Assembly (NCBI GenBank): GCA_026954325.1 | Contig: JAIXKK010000145.1 | Location: forward strand, 260 to 64,259 | DNA from: Bryobacterales bacterium | GTDB taxonomy: Bacteria > Acidobacteriota > Terriglobia > Bryobacterales > Bryobacteraceae | DNA length: 64,000 nt | Reading direction: 5' to 3' | Shown here: positions 1-9,988 of the stretch, piece by piece | Layout of the letters: every line of letters starts with the position of its first letter | How positions within the stretch are numbered: position 1 is the stretch's first letter | Notes under the pieces: generated by a model | Database searches by the model: none | Seen by the model: the letters and a program-made list of their open reading frames with translations, nothing else | What the model was told of the DNA's origin: nothing | Program-made: the position numbers and the translations under genes

Positions 1-112
1 GCCTGTCCGACTATGTACATTCTGTCCCAAATTCGGACACCATTCGTCGCGAAAGAACACGCTGGGCGCGGCCTGTCTTTGGCGCTTGACGTGCCGACAC
101 AGACTCAGCCGC

Positions 113-1510
113 ATGTCCACAGCTACCGTTACCATGGACAAAGTGAGAACTTCCCACACCAAAGCCCGCATCCTCATTGCCGACGACCAGATGGATGTGC
201 TCGAAGCCCTGCGCTTCCTGCTGAAAGCGGAGGGCTACCAGATCGAGCCGGCCACCTCCCCGGCCGGGATACTGGCGGCTTTGGAGGCCCAGGAGTTCGA
301 TCTCGCGCTGATGGATCTGAACTATACCCGCGACACCACTTCGGGCCAGGAAGGGCTGGACCTGCTGCCGCGCATCCAGGCCATGGACGCCGCCTTGCCG
401 GTGGTGGTGATGACGGCGTGGGGGAGCGTTGAGGTGGCGGTGGAGGCGATGCGGCGCGGGGCGCGGGACTTCATCCAGAAGCCCTGGGATAACACGCGCC
501 TGACGGCCATCGTGCGGACTCAGATTGAGCTGAGCCAGGCGCTGCGCAAGAGCCGGCAACTGGAGGCGGAAAACCGCCTGTTGCGGGCGGAGGGCATGCC
601 GGCGCTGATCGCCGAATCGCAGGCCATGCAGCCCGTGTTGCAGATCATCTCGCGAGTGGGGCCGTCGGACGCCAATATTCTGATCACGGGCGAGCCGGGC
701 ACGGGTAAGGAGGTGGCGGCGCGGACGCTGCACGCGGTATCGCAGCGGGCATCGCGGCCGATGGTGACGGTGAACGCCGGTGGCCTGGCGGAAGGGATCT
801 TCGAGAGCGAGTTGTTCGGGCACGTGAAGGGCGCCTTCACGGACGCCAGGATGGACCGGGTGGGCCGGTTCGAACTGGCCGAGGGGGGAACGCTGTTTCT
901 GGATGAGATCGCCAACGTGCCGATGAACCTGCAAACGAGGCTGCTGCGCGTGCTGGAGACGGGAGAGATGGAGAGGGTGGGCTCCTCGAGGACGAGGAAG
1001 GCGGATGTGCGGGTGTTTTCGGCGACCAACGCGCGGCTGCACGAGGAGGTGGCGGCGGGCCGTTTTCGCCAGGACCTGCTGTTCCGGTTGAACACCATCG
1101 AGATCCATCTTCCCCCGCTGCGCGAGCGGCGGGAGGACATTCCGGTTCTGGCCATGCATTTCCTCCGCCAGCACGCCCAGCGCTACCGCAAGCAGTTGAC
1201 CGGTTTCGACGCCGCGGCGATGCAGGCCCTGCTGAGCAACCCGTGGCAGGGCAACGTGCGCGAGTTGAACCACGTGGTCGAGCGGGCCGTGCTCATGGCC
1301 GCGGAGAACGTCATCCGGCCGGTCGACCTCGCCCTCCGTTCCGGGCATGAAGGAGCCCCGCGGCTCGAAGACATGAGCCTCGAGGAGGTCGAATCCTTTC
1401 TCATCCGGAAGGCCCTGTCGCGCTATTCCGGCAACGTAAGCCACGCCGCCAAGGCGCTGGGGCTGAGCCGCTCGGCGTTATACCGCCGGTTGCAGCGCTA
1501 CGGTTTGTGA
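113..1510 (+). CDS. sigma-54-dependent response regulator (NtrC family)
   Basis: Receiver domain (ARILIADDQ...DLALMDLNY). AAA+ sigma54-interaction core (Walker A GEPGTGKE, GAFTDA loop, ESELFGH, LFLDEI). C-terminal Fis-type HTH (AAKALGLSRSALYRRLQRYGL). Start is ambiguous: TTG 86, ATG 113 or ATG 134. Confidence 0.9.
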   Translation: MSTATVTMDKVRTSHTKARILIADDQMDVLEALRFLLKAEGYQIEPATSPAGILAALEAQEFDLALMDLNYTRDTTSGQEGLDLLPRIQAMDAALPVVVMTAWGSVEVAVEAMRRGARDFIQKPWDNTRLTAIVRTQIELSQALRKSRQLEAENRLLRAEGMPALIAESQAMQPVLQIISRVGPSDANILITGEPGTGKEVAARTLHAVSQRASRPMVTVNAGGLAEGIFESELFGHVKGAFTDARMDRVGRFELAEGGTLFLDEIANVPMNLQTRLLRVLETGEMERVGSSRTRKADVRVFSATNARLHEEVAAGRFRQDLLFRLNTIEIHLPPLRERREDIPVLAMHFLRQHAQRYRKQLTGFDAAAMQALLSNPWQGNVRELNHVVERAVLMAAENVIRPVDLALRSGHEGAPRLEDMSLEEVESFLIRKALSRYSGNVSHAAKALGLSRSALYRRLQRYGL

Positions 1511-2847
1511 AGATCCTCGATCCGGTGAGCAGGCGCCTGGCGCAGCACGAATACCGCGTGCTGTTGACCTCCCTCGCCTCGGGATTGCCCGCCGTCATCA
1601 CCTCCCTGGCCATCCTCTGGTATGGCGATAGCTATCCCCCGAAGGTGCAGTGGACACTGACGGTGTTGATCGTGGGGTGCTGGTGGGGGTTCTCCGCGGG
1701 GGTCCGCGAGCGGGTGGCCTCGCCGCTGCGCACCTTGTCGAACCTGCTGGAGGCGATGCGCGAAGGCGACTACTCCATCCGGGCGCGGGGGGCGCGCGGG
1801 GAGGATGCGCTGGCCGAAGTGATGCGGCAGGTGAACGCCATGGGGGCCACCCTGCGCGCGCAGCGCCTGGGAGCCCTCGAAGCCACAACGCTGCTGCGGA
1901 AGGTGATGGAAGAGATCAACGTGGCCGTGTTTGCCTTCGATGCCGAGCACCGGCTGCGCCTCGTGAACCGGGCGGGCGTGCGTTTGCTGGCGCTGCCCGC
2001 GGAGCGGCTTCTCGGGCTCAGGGCCGGCGATCTGGGTCTGGACGATTGCCTCGAGGGCGAGGCCTCCCAGACGAGGCAGCGGACTTTCCCCGGAGGAGCG
2101 GGGCGATGGGCCATCAACCGGGCGAGTTTTCGCGAAGGAGGCCTGCCGCACCAGTTGCTCGTAGTCACCGACCTCACGCGCCCCCTGCGGGAAGAGGAGT
2201 TGCAGGCATGGCAGCGGATTGTGCGCGTGCTGGGACATGAACTCAACAACTCGCTGACGCCGATCAAGTCCATTGCCGGGTCGCTCGAAAGCATGGTTAC
2301 CAAGGATGAACTGCCCGGGGACTGGCAGGAGGACATGAAGCGCGGGCTGGCCATCATCGCGTCGCGCTCGGAGGCGTTGAGCCGCTTCATGGGGGCCTAT
2401 GCGCGCCTCGCCAAGCTCCCCCGCCCGCACTTTGCCACCGTCGAGGTGAAGCCGCTCATCCGCCGCGTGGCGGGCCTGGAGACGCGGATGCGGGTGGCGG
2501 TGGAAGAAGGCCCGCCCATGAGCGTGCAAGGAGACAGCGACCAATTGGAACAGTTGTTGATCAACCTGGTGCGCAACGCGGTAGACGCCGCCAGGGAAAC
2601 GGGCGGACGGGTGCGCGTGCTTTGGAACCGTTTGCCGGGGAACCTCCAGGTGGTGGTGGAAGATGAGGGGCCGGGGCTGTCGAATACCGCGAACCTGTTC
2701 GTTCCGTTCTTTACCACGAAGCCGGGCGGTTCGGGGATCGGCCTGGTGTTGTCGCGGCAGATTGCGGAGGCGCATGGAGGGTCGCTGACGCTTCAGAACC
2801 GGGAGGGCGCGCGGGGGTGCCAGGCGAGGCTGCTGCTGCCGCTCTAG
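1507..2847 (+). CDS. sensor histidine kinase (partner of the NtrC-type regulator)
   Basis: GTGA overlap with the regulator's stop. N-terminal hydrophobic segments. H-box HELNNSLTPI. ATP-binding boxes LINLVRNAVDA, EDEGPGL, GGSGIGL. Confidence 0.88.
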   Translation: MKILDPVSRRLAQHEYRVLLTSLASGLPAVITSLAILWYGDSYPPKVQWTLTVLIVGCWWGFSAGVRERVASPLRTLSNLLEAMREGDYSIRARGARGEDALAEVMRQVNAMGATLRAQRLGALEATTLLRKVMEEINVAVFAFDAEHRLRLVNRAGVRLLALPAERLLGLRAGDLGLDDCLEGEASQTRQRTFPGGAGRWAINRASFREGGLPHQLLVVTDLTRPLREEELQAWQRIVRVLGHELNNSLTPIKSIAGSLESMVTKDELPGDWQEDMKRGLAIIASRSEALSRFMGAYARLAKLPRPHFATVEVKPLIRRVAGLETRMRVAVEEGPPMSVQGDSDQLEQLLINLVRNAVDAARETGGRVRVLWNRLPGNLQVVVEDEGPGLSNTANLFVPFFTTKPGGSGIGLVLSRQIAEAHGGSLTLQNREGARGCQARLLLPL

Positions 2848-2869
2848 GCGGCTAGGAATTCGGCGGCGG

Positions 2870-4078
2870 TCAATATTCGACGCTGGTGACGCGCGTCGAT
2901 TCCAGGCGCACCAGAAAGGGGCAGCCGTCGATGGTTCCTGCCATTTCGGAGGCGGACTCCCTGCTTAGTTCGAAGGTATTCGCTTTTCCCTGGAGCACTT
3001 TCTTGTAGAGTCGGAAGACATCGCGGGCGGCCTTTTCATCCTGCCAATCGGAGGCGTAGAGCAGGACGGACTTGGATCTGTCTTTCTTGTCCTCGAAGAT
3101 GCGGAATTCGGCGCCGCGCCACTTGCGGGCAAGTTTGGCATCGGCTTCACCGCCGTATTGCCGGAACAGGATCTCGTGATCGAACTCGCCGGCCGTGCCT
3201 TCGACGACTCCGGTGTATCCCCTGGTGGAAGCTTTCGGAAGGGGAGGCTTCGTGGGTTGTACCTTGTCGAAGTATTTCTCGGGGTGAATGATCTGCTGGG
3301 AACTGAGCGGGGGATTCTTAAAGACCGCGAGGAAGCCTTCCTTGCCCAGTTTCTGGATCACGGCCTGCTGGAAGGTGAAGCCCTTGGTGTAGGGAAACAG
3401 CAGGGACTCGCGCAGGTAAAGGGGGACGGAATCGAAGACGGGGAAGGCGCCGGAAGAATTGCCGGCCATGCGGCTCATGACGTCGGCCATTTCTGGGGAC
3501 TTGGTGAGGGAGCCACCCATGCGGGACATGATGTATTCGGACATGAGCCAGGTGGCCTGGCCTTCCATGACGGCCTGGCGGGCAAGGGAAGAATCGTCGC
3601 TCTTGCCCTTGAAGATGTACTTTTCGAGGTTGATCTGGGTGTCGGCGAGGGCATGGGCGAGTTCATGCACGAGGACGGGTTTCTGGGTGAGGGTGGCGTT
3701 GGTGTCGAGGACGAAGAGCTTCTTCTTGCGGTAGTCGTAGAAGGCGGCTGCCTGTTCGGTGAGCAGGTCGACGGTGGTTTTCCTGAGATCGAAGCTCTTC
3801 GGCACGAGTCCGAGTTTCTTGAGGGAAAGCTCTTCGGCGTGGAGTTCCTCGGGCTTCACGATTTCCTTCATGCGGTCTTCGAGGAACTGTTTGAGGCCGT
3901 CTTTGGTGATGGTGTCCGAGTCGACTTTTTTCGGGGCCTTCCAGCCGGTGAATTTGGCGAGTTCGGCGAGAATCTCGTCCATTTCCTGGAAGAGTTCGGG
4001 TTTGGCGGTCTGCTCCTGCGCGGATGCGGAGGCAAGCCAGAGAAGGAGCGCGATCAGGATGGGGGTCAGGCGAGGCAA
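2870..4078 (-). CDS. secreted zinc metalloprotease-like protein (HEXXH)
   Basis: HEXXH motif in VLVHELAHALAD. Signal-like LTPILIALLLWLASASAQEQ. The 5' part of the long ORF overlaps the upstream MFS gene and is Arg/Pro-rich junk, so I place the start at TTG 4078, just after AGGAGGA. Family not identified. Confidence 0.65.
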   Translation of the reverse strand: MPRLTPILIALLLWLASASAQEQTAKPELFQEMDEILAELAKFTGWKAPKKVDSDTITKDGLKQFLEDRMKEIVKPEELHAEELSLKKLGLVPKSFDLRKTTVDLLTEQAAAFYDYRKKKLFVLDTNATLTQKPVLVHELAHALADTQINLEKYIFKGKSDDSSLARQAVMEGQATWLMSEYIMSRMGGSLTKSPEMADVMSRMAGNSSGAFPVFDSVPLYLRESLLFPYTKGFTFQQAVIQKLGKEGFLAVFKNPPLSSQQIIHPEKYFDKVQPTKPPLPKASTRGYTGVVEGTAGEFDHEILFRQYGGEADAKLARKWRGAEFRIFEDKKDRSKSVLLYASDWQDEKAARDVFRLYKKVLQGKANTFELSRESASEMAGTIDGCPFLVRLESTRVTSVEY

Positions 4079-5313
4079 ACATCCTCCTGTTGATGGACCC
4101 AGGTTTGGAATGCGGGCATGGCGAAACGGAAAGCGATGCCCCCGGCGAGGCAGAGGATGCCGGCGGCGAAGACCACCGGACGGGGGCCGAAACGCTCGGC
4201 GAGGAAGCCCGCGGCGAGACTGCCGATGGGCAGAAGCCCGGTGACGAACATGGTGTAGAGGGCCATCACGCGGCCCCGGAACTCGTCGGGGATGGTGGTC
4301 TGGATGAGGGAGTTGCCGCTGGCGTTCTGGCGCATGATGCTGAATCCGATGCACATCATCAGGAACATCGAAAGGGAGAACCAGGGCGAGAGCCCGAAGG
4401 CGGCGAGGGAAGCGCCCATGAGGAGAGAACTCGAGAGGATGATGCCCGGCAACTGGCGGATGCCCTTGTGCCGCGCCAGACGAACCACTCCGATGACGGC
4501 TCCGATGCCCATGGCTCCAAGAAGAAATCCCAAACCGGCGGATCCTTTCCGGAAGATATCATCGGCAAAAAACGGCCCGAGCGCGAGTATGGGGGCGTAG
4601 CCGATGTTGAGCAGGCCGCTCATGACCAGCAGCAGGCGCAGTTCGCGGCTTCGCCAGGCGTAGCGGAAGCCTTCGGCAAGGCTGCCGGATCCGGCTTTGC
4701 CGGGCGGATTGTTGACGTTGGGCAGGCGCATGGAGGCGACGCAGGCGAGCATGGCGAGAAAACTGGTGGCGTTGATGAGAAAACACACGGTTTCACCGAA
4801 GGCGGCGACGACGAGGCCCGCGAGGGAGGGGCCGATGATGCGGGAGAGGTTGAATACGGCCGAGTTGAGGGAGATGGCGCTGATGAGATCCTGCCGGCCG
4901 ACCATTTGGATGAATAAGGTTTGGCGTCCCGGGATGTCGAAGGCGCTGATGACGCCCACAACGGCGGCGAGGGCAATGACGTGGTAGGCGGTGACCCGGC
5001 CGGACCATGTGAGGACGGCCAGGATCAGGGCCTGGAGAAGAGCCAGCAATTGCGTGGTGAAAACGATCCATTTGCGCGAGAACCGGTCGGCGGCCATACC
5101 GCCCAGAGGTCCCAGAAGGAGGACGGGGATATAGGTGGCGAAGAGCGTGATGCCGAGGATGGATTCGGAGTGTGTGAGGCGGTAGACAAGCCAGCTTTGG
5201 GCGACGGACTGCATCCAGGTTCCGATTAAGGAGACGGATTGTCCGGCGGTGTAGAGACGGAAATCGCGGTGGCGGAGGGCACGGAAAGAGTCCTGCAACC
5301 CCGATAGACCCAC
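4066..5313 (-). CDS. MFS transporter (EntS/MFS_3-like)
   Basis: About 12 hydrophobic helices. N-terminal FRALRHRDFRLYTAGQSVSLIGTWMQ is typical of this MFS subgroup. Start is uncertain (GTG 5313, TTG 5298 or ATG 5418). Confidence 0.8.
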   Translation of the reverse strand: MGLSGLQDSFRALRHRDFRLYTAGQSVSLIGTWMQSVAQSWLVYRLTHSESILGITLFATYIPVLLLGPLGGMAADRFSRKWIVFTTQLLALLQALILAVLTWSGRVTAYHVIALAAVVGVISAFDIPGRQTLFIQMVGRQDLISAISLNSAVFNLSRIIGPSLAGLVVAAFGETVCFLINATSFLAMLACVASMRLPNVNNPPGKAGSGSLAEGFRYAWRSRELRLLLVMSGLLNIGYAPILALGPFFADDIFRKGSAGLGFLLGAMGIGAVIGVVRLARHKGIRQLPGIILSSSLLMGASLAAFGLSPWFSLSMFLMMCIGFSIMRQNASGNSLIQTTIPDEFRGRVMALYTMFVTGLLPIGSLAAGFLAERFGPRPVVFAAGILCLAGGIAFRFAMPAFQTWVHQQEDVCLA

Positions 5314-5779
5314 ACTGCCGGCGCTGTTGGTTTCGACCTTCAAAGCCCTTGCTTCCAGGATAAACCGTGACGGGTTACAATATGGGATTGGATTCATCGG
5401 GAAGAGGGGAATTATCACCTTGGCAGACGAAAAAGCAACCAGCGGGAAGATTTACAGCGCGGAGTACATCGGCAGCGGCACGTTTATTATCAGCAAGCCG
5501 CCGAGGAAGAAGAAGAAGATCCAGCAGAGCCGCGTGAGGAACCCGCGCCGGGGAAGCAGGAAGTAGCCGGTTGAGTCCTCCGGGCGATCCGGCTCGAGTG
5601 GTAGGACGGACGGGGGTTCTGGCGGGACCGGCAGGGGGTTGGAAAAGCGGGGTGTTTTCGGTGGGACCGGATCTGCCCTCGGACAACCCCACATTAACCG
5701 GCCGCCGTTTGGTTTCCCGCCTGTTCGTTTTTCAACTCATTCTAAACATTCGAGATAAAATTCTCGTTCCGGTGTCACC

Positions 5780-7081
5780 ATGAAAATTACCGCCCTTCAT
5801 CTGCATCCCATCGCGGTGGCGGATCCGCCGTTGCGCAGTTCCTACGGGTTGCATGCGCCCTACGCCATCCGGACTATCGTGGAGATCGAGACCGACGAAG
5901 GAATTCGTGGGATAGCGGAGACTTACGGCGGTGAGCAGCCGCTCAGCGCGCTACGGGCGGCGGAGCCGAAGCTGATCGGGCGGGATGTTTTTCAGTTAAC
6001 GCGGCTGTGGATGGAGTTCGAGGCGCTGGCGGCGGAGGGAGACCGGAGCCAGACATGGATGGTCCCGGGAGAAAATCCCATGGACCAGCATGCGCGGACG
6101 TTTGCCGCCATCGAGTTTGCCTGTCTGGATGCCATCGGGAAAGCTCTGAACCAGCCGGTATGCGATCTGCTGGGCGGGCGGGCGCGCGACGAGGTTGCCT
6201 TTTCCGCCTACCTGTTCTACAAGCACGCGGGCGGCGGCGGATTGGGGGACGATGAGCGGGAGGACGAATACGGGGAGGGTCTGACTCCCGAGGCGATGGT
6301 GCGGCAGGCGAAGGATTTCATCGCCAGGTACGGCTTCCGGGAGATCAAGTTGAAGGGCGGCGTGCTCGACCCCGAAGTGGAGATTGAGACGATCCGGGCG
6401 CTGCGGCGGGAGTTTGGGCCGGCGGCGCCGCTGCGGATTGATCCAAACTGCGCCTGGAGCGTCGATACATCCGTGAAGGTGGGCGAGGCGCTGGCGGAGG
6501 AGCTTTCCAACGGCGGTTATCTCGAGGACCCGTGCGCGACGATTGAGGGGATGGGCGAGGTGCGCCGGCGGCTGCTGGCGCGGGGAATTGACACCCCGCA
6601 GGCGAGCAATGTCGCGGTGACGGCCTTTCAGCACATTCCGGTGGCGCGGAAGCACGATGCGGTGCAGATTGTGTTGTCCGATCCCCACTATTGGGGTGGA
6701 ATGCGGGCGCAACAGCAATTGGACCACTTCTGCCACGTGTTCGGGATGGGGGTGTCGATGCATTCGAACAACCACCTGGGGGTGAGCCTGATGGCCATGA
6801 CGCACGCCGCGGCGGCATGTCCGCATCTGACGTACGCCTGCGATACTCACTATCCGTGGCAGACGGCGCGCGACGAGGTGGTGGCCGGAGGACGCATCCC
6901 GTTTGTGAACGGATGCGTGCGGATTCCTTCGAAGCCGGGGTTAGGCGTGGAATTGGATTACGACCAGTTGGCGCGGCTGAAGGAGCGCTACGAGGCGCTG
7001 CCGTACCGCAAGCGGGATGATGAGGCGGAGATGCGGAAGCGGGTGGACGCGAACTGGAAGCGGGTTCTGCCGCGGTGGTAG
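5780..7081 (+). CDS. enolase-superfamily dehydratase, glucarate dehydratase (GudD)-like
   Basis: Near-collinear with E. coli GudD as I recall it: KLKGGVL...LRIDPNCAWS...YLEDPC...LSDPHYWGG...HSNNHLGVSLMAMTHAAAA...PGLGVELD. Confidence 0.85.
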   Translation: MKITALHLHPIAVADPPLRSSYGLHAPYAIRTIVEIETDEGIRGIAETYGGEQPLSALRAAEPKLIGRDVFQLTRLWMEFEALAAEGDRSQTWMVPGENPMDQHARTFAAIEFACLDAIGKALNQPVCDLLGGRARDEVAFSAYLFYKHAGGGGLGDDEREDEYGEGLTPEAMVRQAKDFIARYGFREIKLKGGVLDPEVEIETIRALRREFGPAAPLRIDPNCAWSVDTSVKVGEALAEELSNGGYLEDPCATIEGMGEVRRRLLARGIDTPQASNVAVTAFQHIPVARKHDAVQIVLSDPHYWGGMRAQQQLDHFCHVFGMGVSMHSNNHLGVSLMAMTHAAAACPHLTYACDTHYPWQTARDEVVAGGRIPFVNGCVRIPSKPGLGVELDYDQLARLKERYEALPYRKRDDEAEMRKRVDANWKRVLPRW

Positions 7082-7089
7082 CGTAGCCC

Positions 7090-7600
7090 CAGGAGGGACC
7101 GGGGCGGCGGTGTCGCGGCTTATAATCTGACCGCGCCTTACCGCACGGAACACCGCCGCGCGGCATTCTTCCATGGGAAAATAACAATCCTCCGGAGCCG
7201 GCCTGGCATCCCGCCCCTCTCACACCAGCCGCTGCCTCCCCATCCCCCCGCCGCCGGATTCCCAGTTTTCCCAGAAATTGCCCCGCTTTCCGAACGTATT
7301 CCCCCGATTGTCGCGAACTCGGACCCATCACCGGCGTCAGACTCCCCTCATGAAAATACGCATGGTGCGCCGCCGTCGCCGCCGACTTCCCCCACTGCCG
7401 CGTGCAATTCAACGCCACCCGCCGCGGCGGCCGCTCGATCAACCGCTCCAGCGCCCCGTCCGCGGAAATCCGAGCGCCTCCCGGGCGAACAGCGCCGCAT
7501 TCACCGCCCACCTAACGCGCGTTCCCTGCTCGGCTTCTTCCAAGGCAGCCGGCGCCGCCGGCCGCACCTCCGGCCGTCGCTCGAGCGTCGCCGGCAGCGC
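7090..7600 (-). pseudogene. phage terminase large-subunit remnant (N-terminal ATPase part, frameshifted and truncated)
   Basis: Minus-strand frames read LFAREALGF, then after a frameshift ALERLIERPPRRVALNCTRQWGKSAATAAHHAYFHEGSLTPVMGPSSRQSGEYVRKAGQFLGKLGI. RQWGKS resembles the T4 gp17-type terminase Walker A (SRQLGKT). There is no intact ORF and the remnant runs into the gudD-like stop. Confidence 0.5.
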
Positions 7601-7704
7601 CCCCCTCCTCGCTCTCCTGTCCCCGCATCACCGGCCCGCTCCAGTCAATCCCCAGCCCGTCCGTTCAACGGCTGGGTTACCCTTTGTGAATAGAGTTCCA
7701 TGTA

Positions 7705-8772
7705 ATGAAACGGATACCATTCCTCGTCTTTCTACTTGCCATGACTGCCGCCGCGCAAGAACCGACCATCGCCATTGTGGGCTTGAGGCATTCCCATGTT
7801 TGGGGACATTTCGGCACGATGCTGGCCGGCAAGCCGGCACGGCTGGTGGGCATTGCGGAAACGATTCCCGGCGTGATTGCGGAGGCCAAGCGCCGGGGCG
7901 CGCCGGATTCGCTGTTCTACACGGACTTCGTGAAGATGCTGGACGAGCGCAAGCCGGCGATGGTATGGGCCTTCGTGGAAAACAACCGGCATCTGGAAGT
8001 GGCGCAGGCATGCGCCCAACGGAAGATTCACGTAATTTTCGAAAAGCCGCTGGCGGCGAGTCTCGCCGATGCGATGCGGATTCGCCGGCTCGCGCTGCAA
8101 CACGGCATTTACGTGATGACGAACTATCAGATGGCGTGGTGGGGCTCCAATTACGCCGCAAAGGAGGTTGCCGATTCGGGCGCGCTGGGGCAGGTGTGGC
8201 GGGTGCGCGGCATTGTGGGGCACGGCGGTCCGGGCGGCGGGCAGGGAGGACTGGGGAAGACGTTTTTCGACTGGCTGACGGACCCCGAGAAGAACGGCGC
8301 CGGCGCGCTGATGGACTTCGGCTGTTACAACGCGCTGTGGAGCCTGTGGTACCTGGGCAAGCCCCTGAGCGTGTACGCGGCCACGAATCAACTGAGGCCC
8401 GGCGAGTTCCCGAAGGTGGAAGACACATCGGCAATGATCCTGCGCTACAAGAACGGCGTGGGGATTTTTGAGGGAAGCTGGGATCTGCCGCGCGGCTTCC
8501 AGGACTTGGAGGTGTTCGGGCGCGAGGGCAGCGTGACCATGGTGAACGGCAAGGTGGAGGTGCGCAAGGGGAAGGGACCGGCGGAAGAAGCGGCCATCGC
8601 GCCGCTGCCGGCGGAGCGCTCCGCGCCCGTTGCCTACATGGCGCACTGCATCCGGATTCACCGCCCGCCCGAGGGACTGGTGGCGATGGACATCAACGTG
8701 GACGTGGTGGAGATTATCGAGGCCGCGAAGCGCTCGGTCAAGGAAGGCAAGGCGATTTCGCTGCCGCAATAG
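7705..8772 (+). CDS. secreted Gfo/Idh/MocA-family oxidoreductase
   Basis: Signal peptide MKRIPFLVFLLAMTAAAQ. Rossmann N-terminus IAIVGLRHSHVWGHF. EKPLA motif (VIFEKPLAAS) typical of the family. Confidence 0.8.
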   Translation: MKRIPFLVFLLAMTAAAQEPTIAIVGLRHSHVWGHFGTMLAGKPARLVGIAETIPGVIAEAKRRGAPDSLFYTDFVKMLDERKPAMVWAFVENNRHLEVAQACAQRKIHVIFEKPLAASLADAMRIRRLALQHGIYVMTNYQMAWWGSNYAAKEVADSGALGQVWRVRGIVGHGGPGGGQGGLGKTFFDWLTDPEKNGAGALMDFGCYNALWSLWYLGKPLSVYAATNQLRPGEFPKVEDTSAMILRYKNGVGIFEGSWDLPRGFQDLEVFGREGSVTMVNGKVEVRKGKGPAEEAAIAPLPAERSAPVAYMAHCIRIHRPPEGLVAMDINVDVVEIIEAAKRSVKEGKAISLPQ

Positions 8773-8786
8773 GGGGAGGAGACCAC

Positions 8787-9988
8787 GCTTGTCCTTTGGC
8801 GCGCGAGCCTGGGTGACGGTGGGCCTGCTGTGGGTGGCCGGGATGTTGAACTATCTCGACCGGCAGGTGATTTTTTCCGTAATTCCGTTGATCCGGCGCG
8901 ATGTGCCGCTTACCGATGTGGAAGTGGGCCTGCTGGGAACGCTGTTTTTCTGGGTGTACGCGGTGTGCAGTCCCGTGGCGGGCTTTCTGGCGGACCGGTT
9001 CGGACGGAAGCGAGTCATCGTGTTCAGCCTTTGCGTGTGGTCGGGGGTGACGTGGCTTACGGGACATGCGCGGACGCGCGAGGAGCTGCTGGCGGCGCGG
9101 GCGTTGATGGGGATCAGCGAGGCCTGCTACCTGCCGGCGGCATTGGCGCTGATTGCGGCCTATCATTCAGGGAGCACGCGATCGAAAGCGACAGGGCTCA
9201 ATTTCAGCGGCATCTACACGGGTATCGTGATCGGCGGCGTGGGCGGCGGATGGATGGGGGAGCACTACGGGTGGCGGTTCGTCTTCACGCTGCTTGGCGT
9301 GGTGGGCGTGGCGTACAGCGCGGTGCTGTTTTTCGCGCTGCGGGAGCCTGCCGGAGCGCGCGAGAACGGGAACGGGATTCCCTTTTGGAAGGCGGCGCGG
9401 CACGTGTGGACGCTCGCCGGGTTCCCGGTGCTGCTGGCTGTATTCGCCGCGGCGTCGGTAGGCAATGCGATCGTCTACACGTGGCTGCCGCTCTACCTTT
9501 ATGAGAGATTCGGAATGACGCTGGCTGAAGCGGGGTTCGCCGCGACGTTCTGGGTGCAGGGGGCGAGTTTTGCCGGGATCCTGGCGGGCGGTTGGCTGGC
9601 GGACCGGTGGGCGCGCACGAGCGGCCGCGGACGCGCGCGGACACAGGCGCTGGGGATGTTGGCCGCCGCTCCGTTCCTGTTCCTGACGGGAGCAACGAGC
9701 CTGGCGCCGCTCCTGGTGGCGGGGTTGGTTGTGTTCGGAGTGGGCCGGGGGATGTTCGACAGCAACGCGATGCCGGTGCTGTGCCAACTGGCGAAGCCTG
9801 AACTGCGGGCGACGGGGTACGGGATTCTCAACATGGCGGGCACGGTGACCAGCGGCATCACCGCGTTGGCGGCGGGGGCGATGAAGTCGCGGATCGGGAT
9901 TGGCGGGTCGCTCGAGGTTGCGGCGGTAATTTTACTGGTTTCGGCGGTGTTTTTGTGGCGGATGGAGGTGGGGGGCACGGAGGAGTGA
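8787..9988 (+). CDS. MFS transporter (sugar-acid/anion permease-like)
   Basis: MLNYLDRQVIFSVIPLIRRD and LADRFGRKRVIV MFS signatures, about 12 helices. Start placed at TTG 8787 after GGAGGAG, because the upstream part of the ORF overlaps the oxidoreductase. Confidence 0.82.

Noticed and set aside
11-2775. Long antisense or alternative-frame ORFs (for example 11..1444 minus, 1498..2775 minus). Similar cases elsewhere are 6345..7511 minus, 7278..8471 plus, 25215..26849 minus, 45057..46385 plus and 49589..50890 minus.
   Set aside because: They are shadows of well-supported genes in a high-GC genome. Their translations are Arg/Pro/Gly/His-rich, lack motifs and overlap genes with clear family signatures. 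The exception is the short terminase-like stretch within 6345..7511, which is reported separately.
5418-5434. Sigma-54 promoter candidate, TGGCAGACGAAAAAGCA, looked for because an NtrC-type activator is encoded in the window.
   Set aside because: The GG-to-GC spacing is one nucleotide longer than the -24/-12 consensus. It lies about 350 nt from the nearest downstream start. Other TGGCAC hits (about 21628, 30524 and 43124) lack a TTGC at the right distance and lie inside genes.
5327-5694. Small ORFs in the MFS/gudD divergent region (79 aa plus strand with a KKKK tract; 80 aa minus strand with a hydrophobic tail).
   Set aside because: They overlap each other, have biased composition and carry no motif or start-site support. 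The region is more simply a divergent promoter region.
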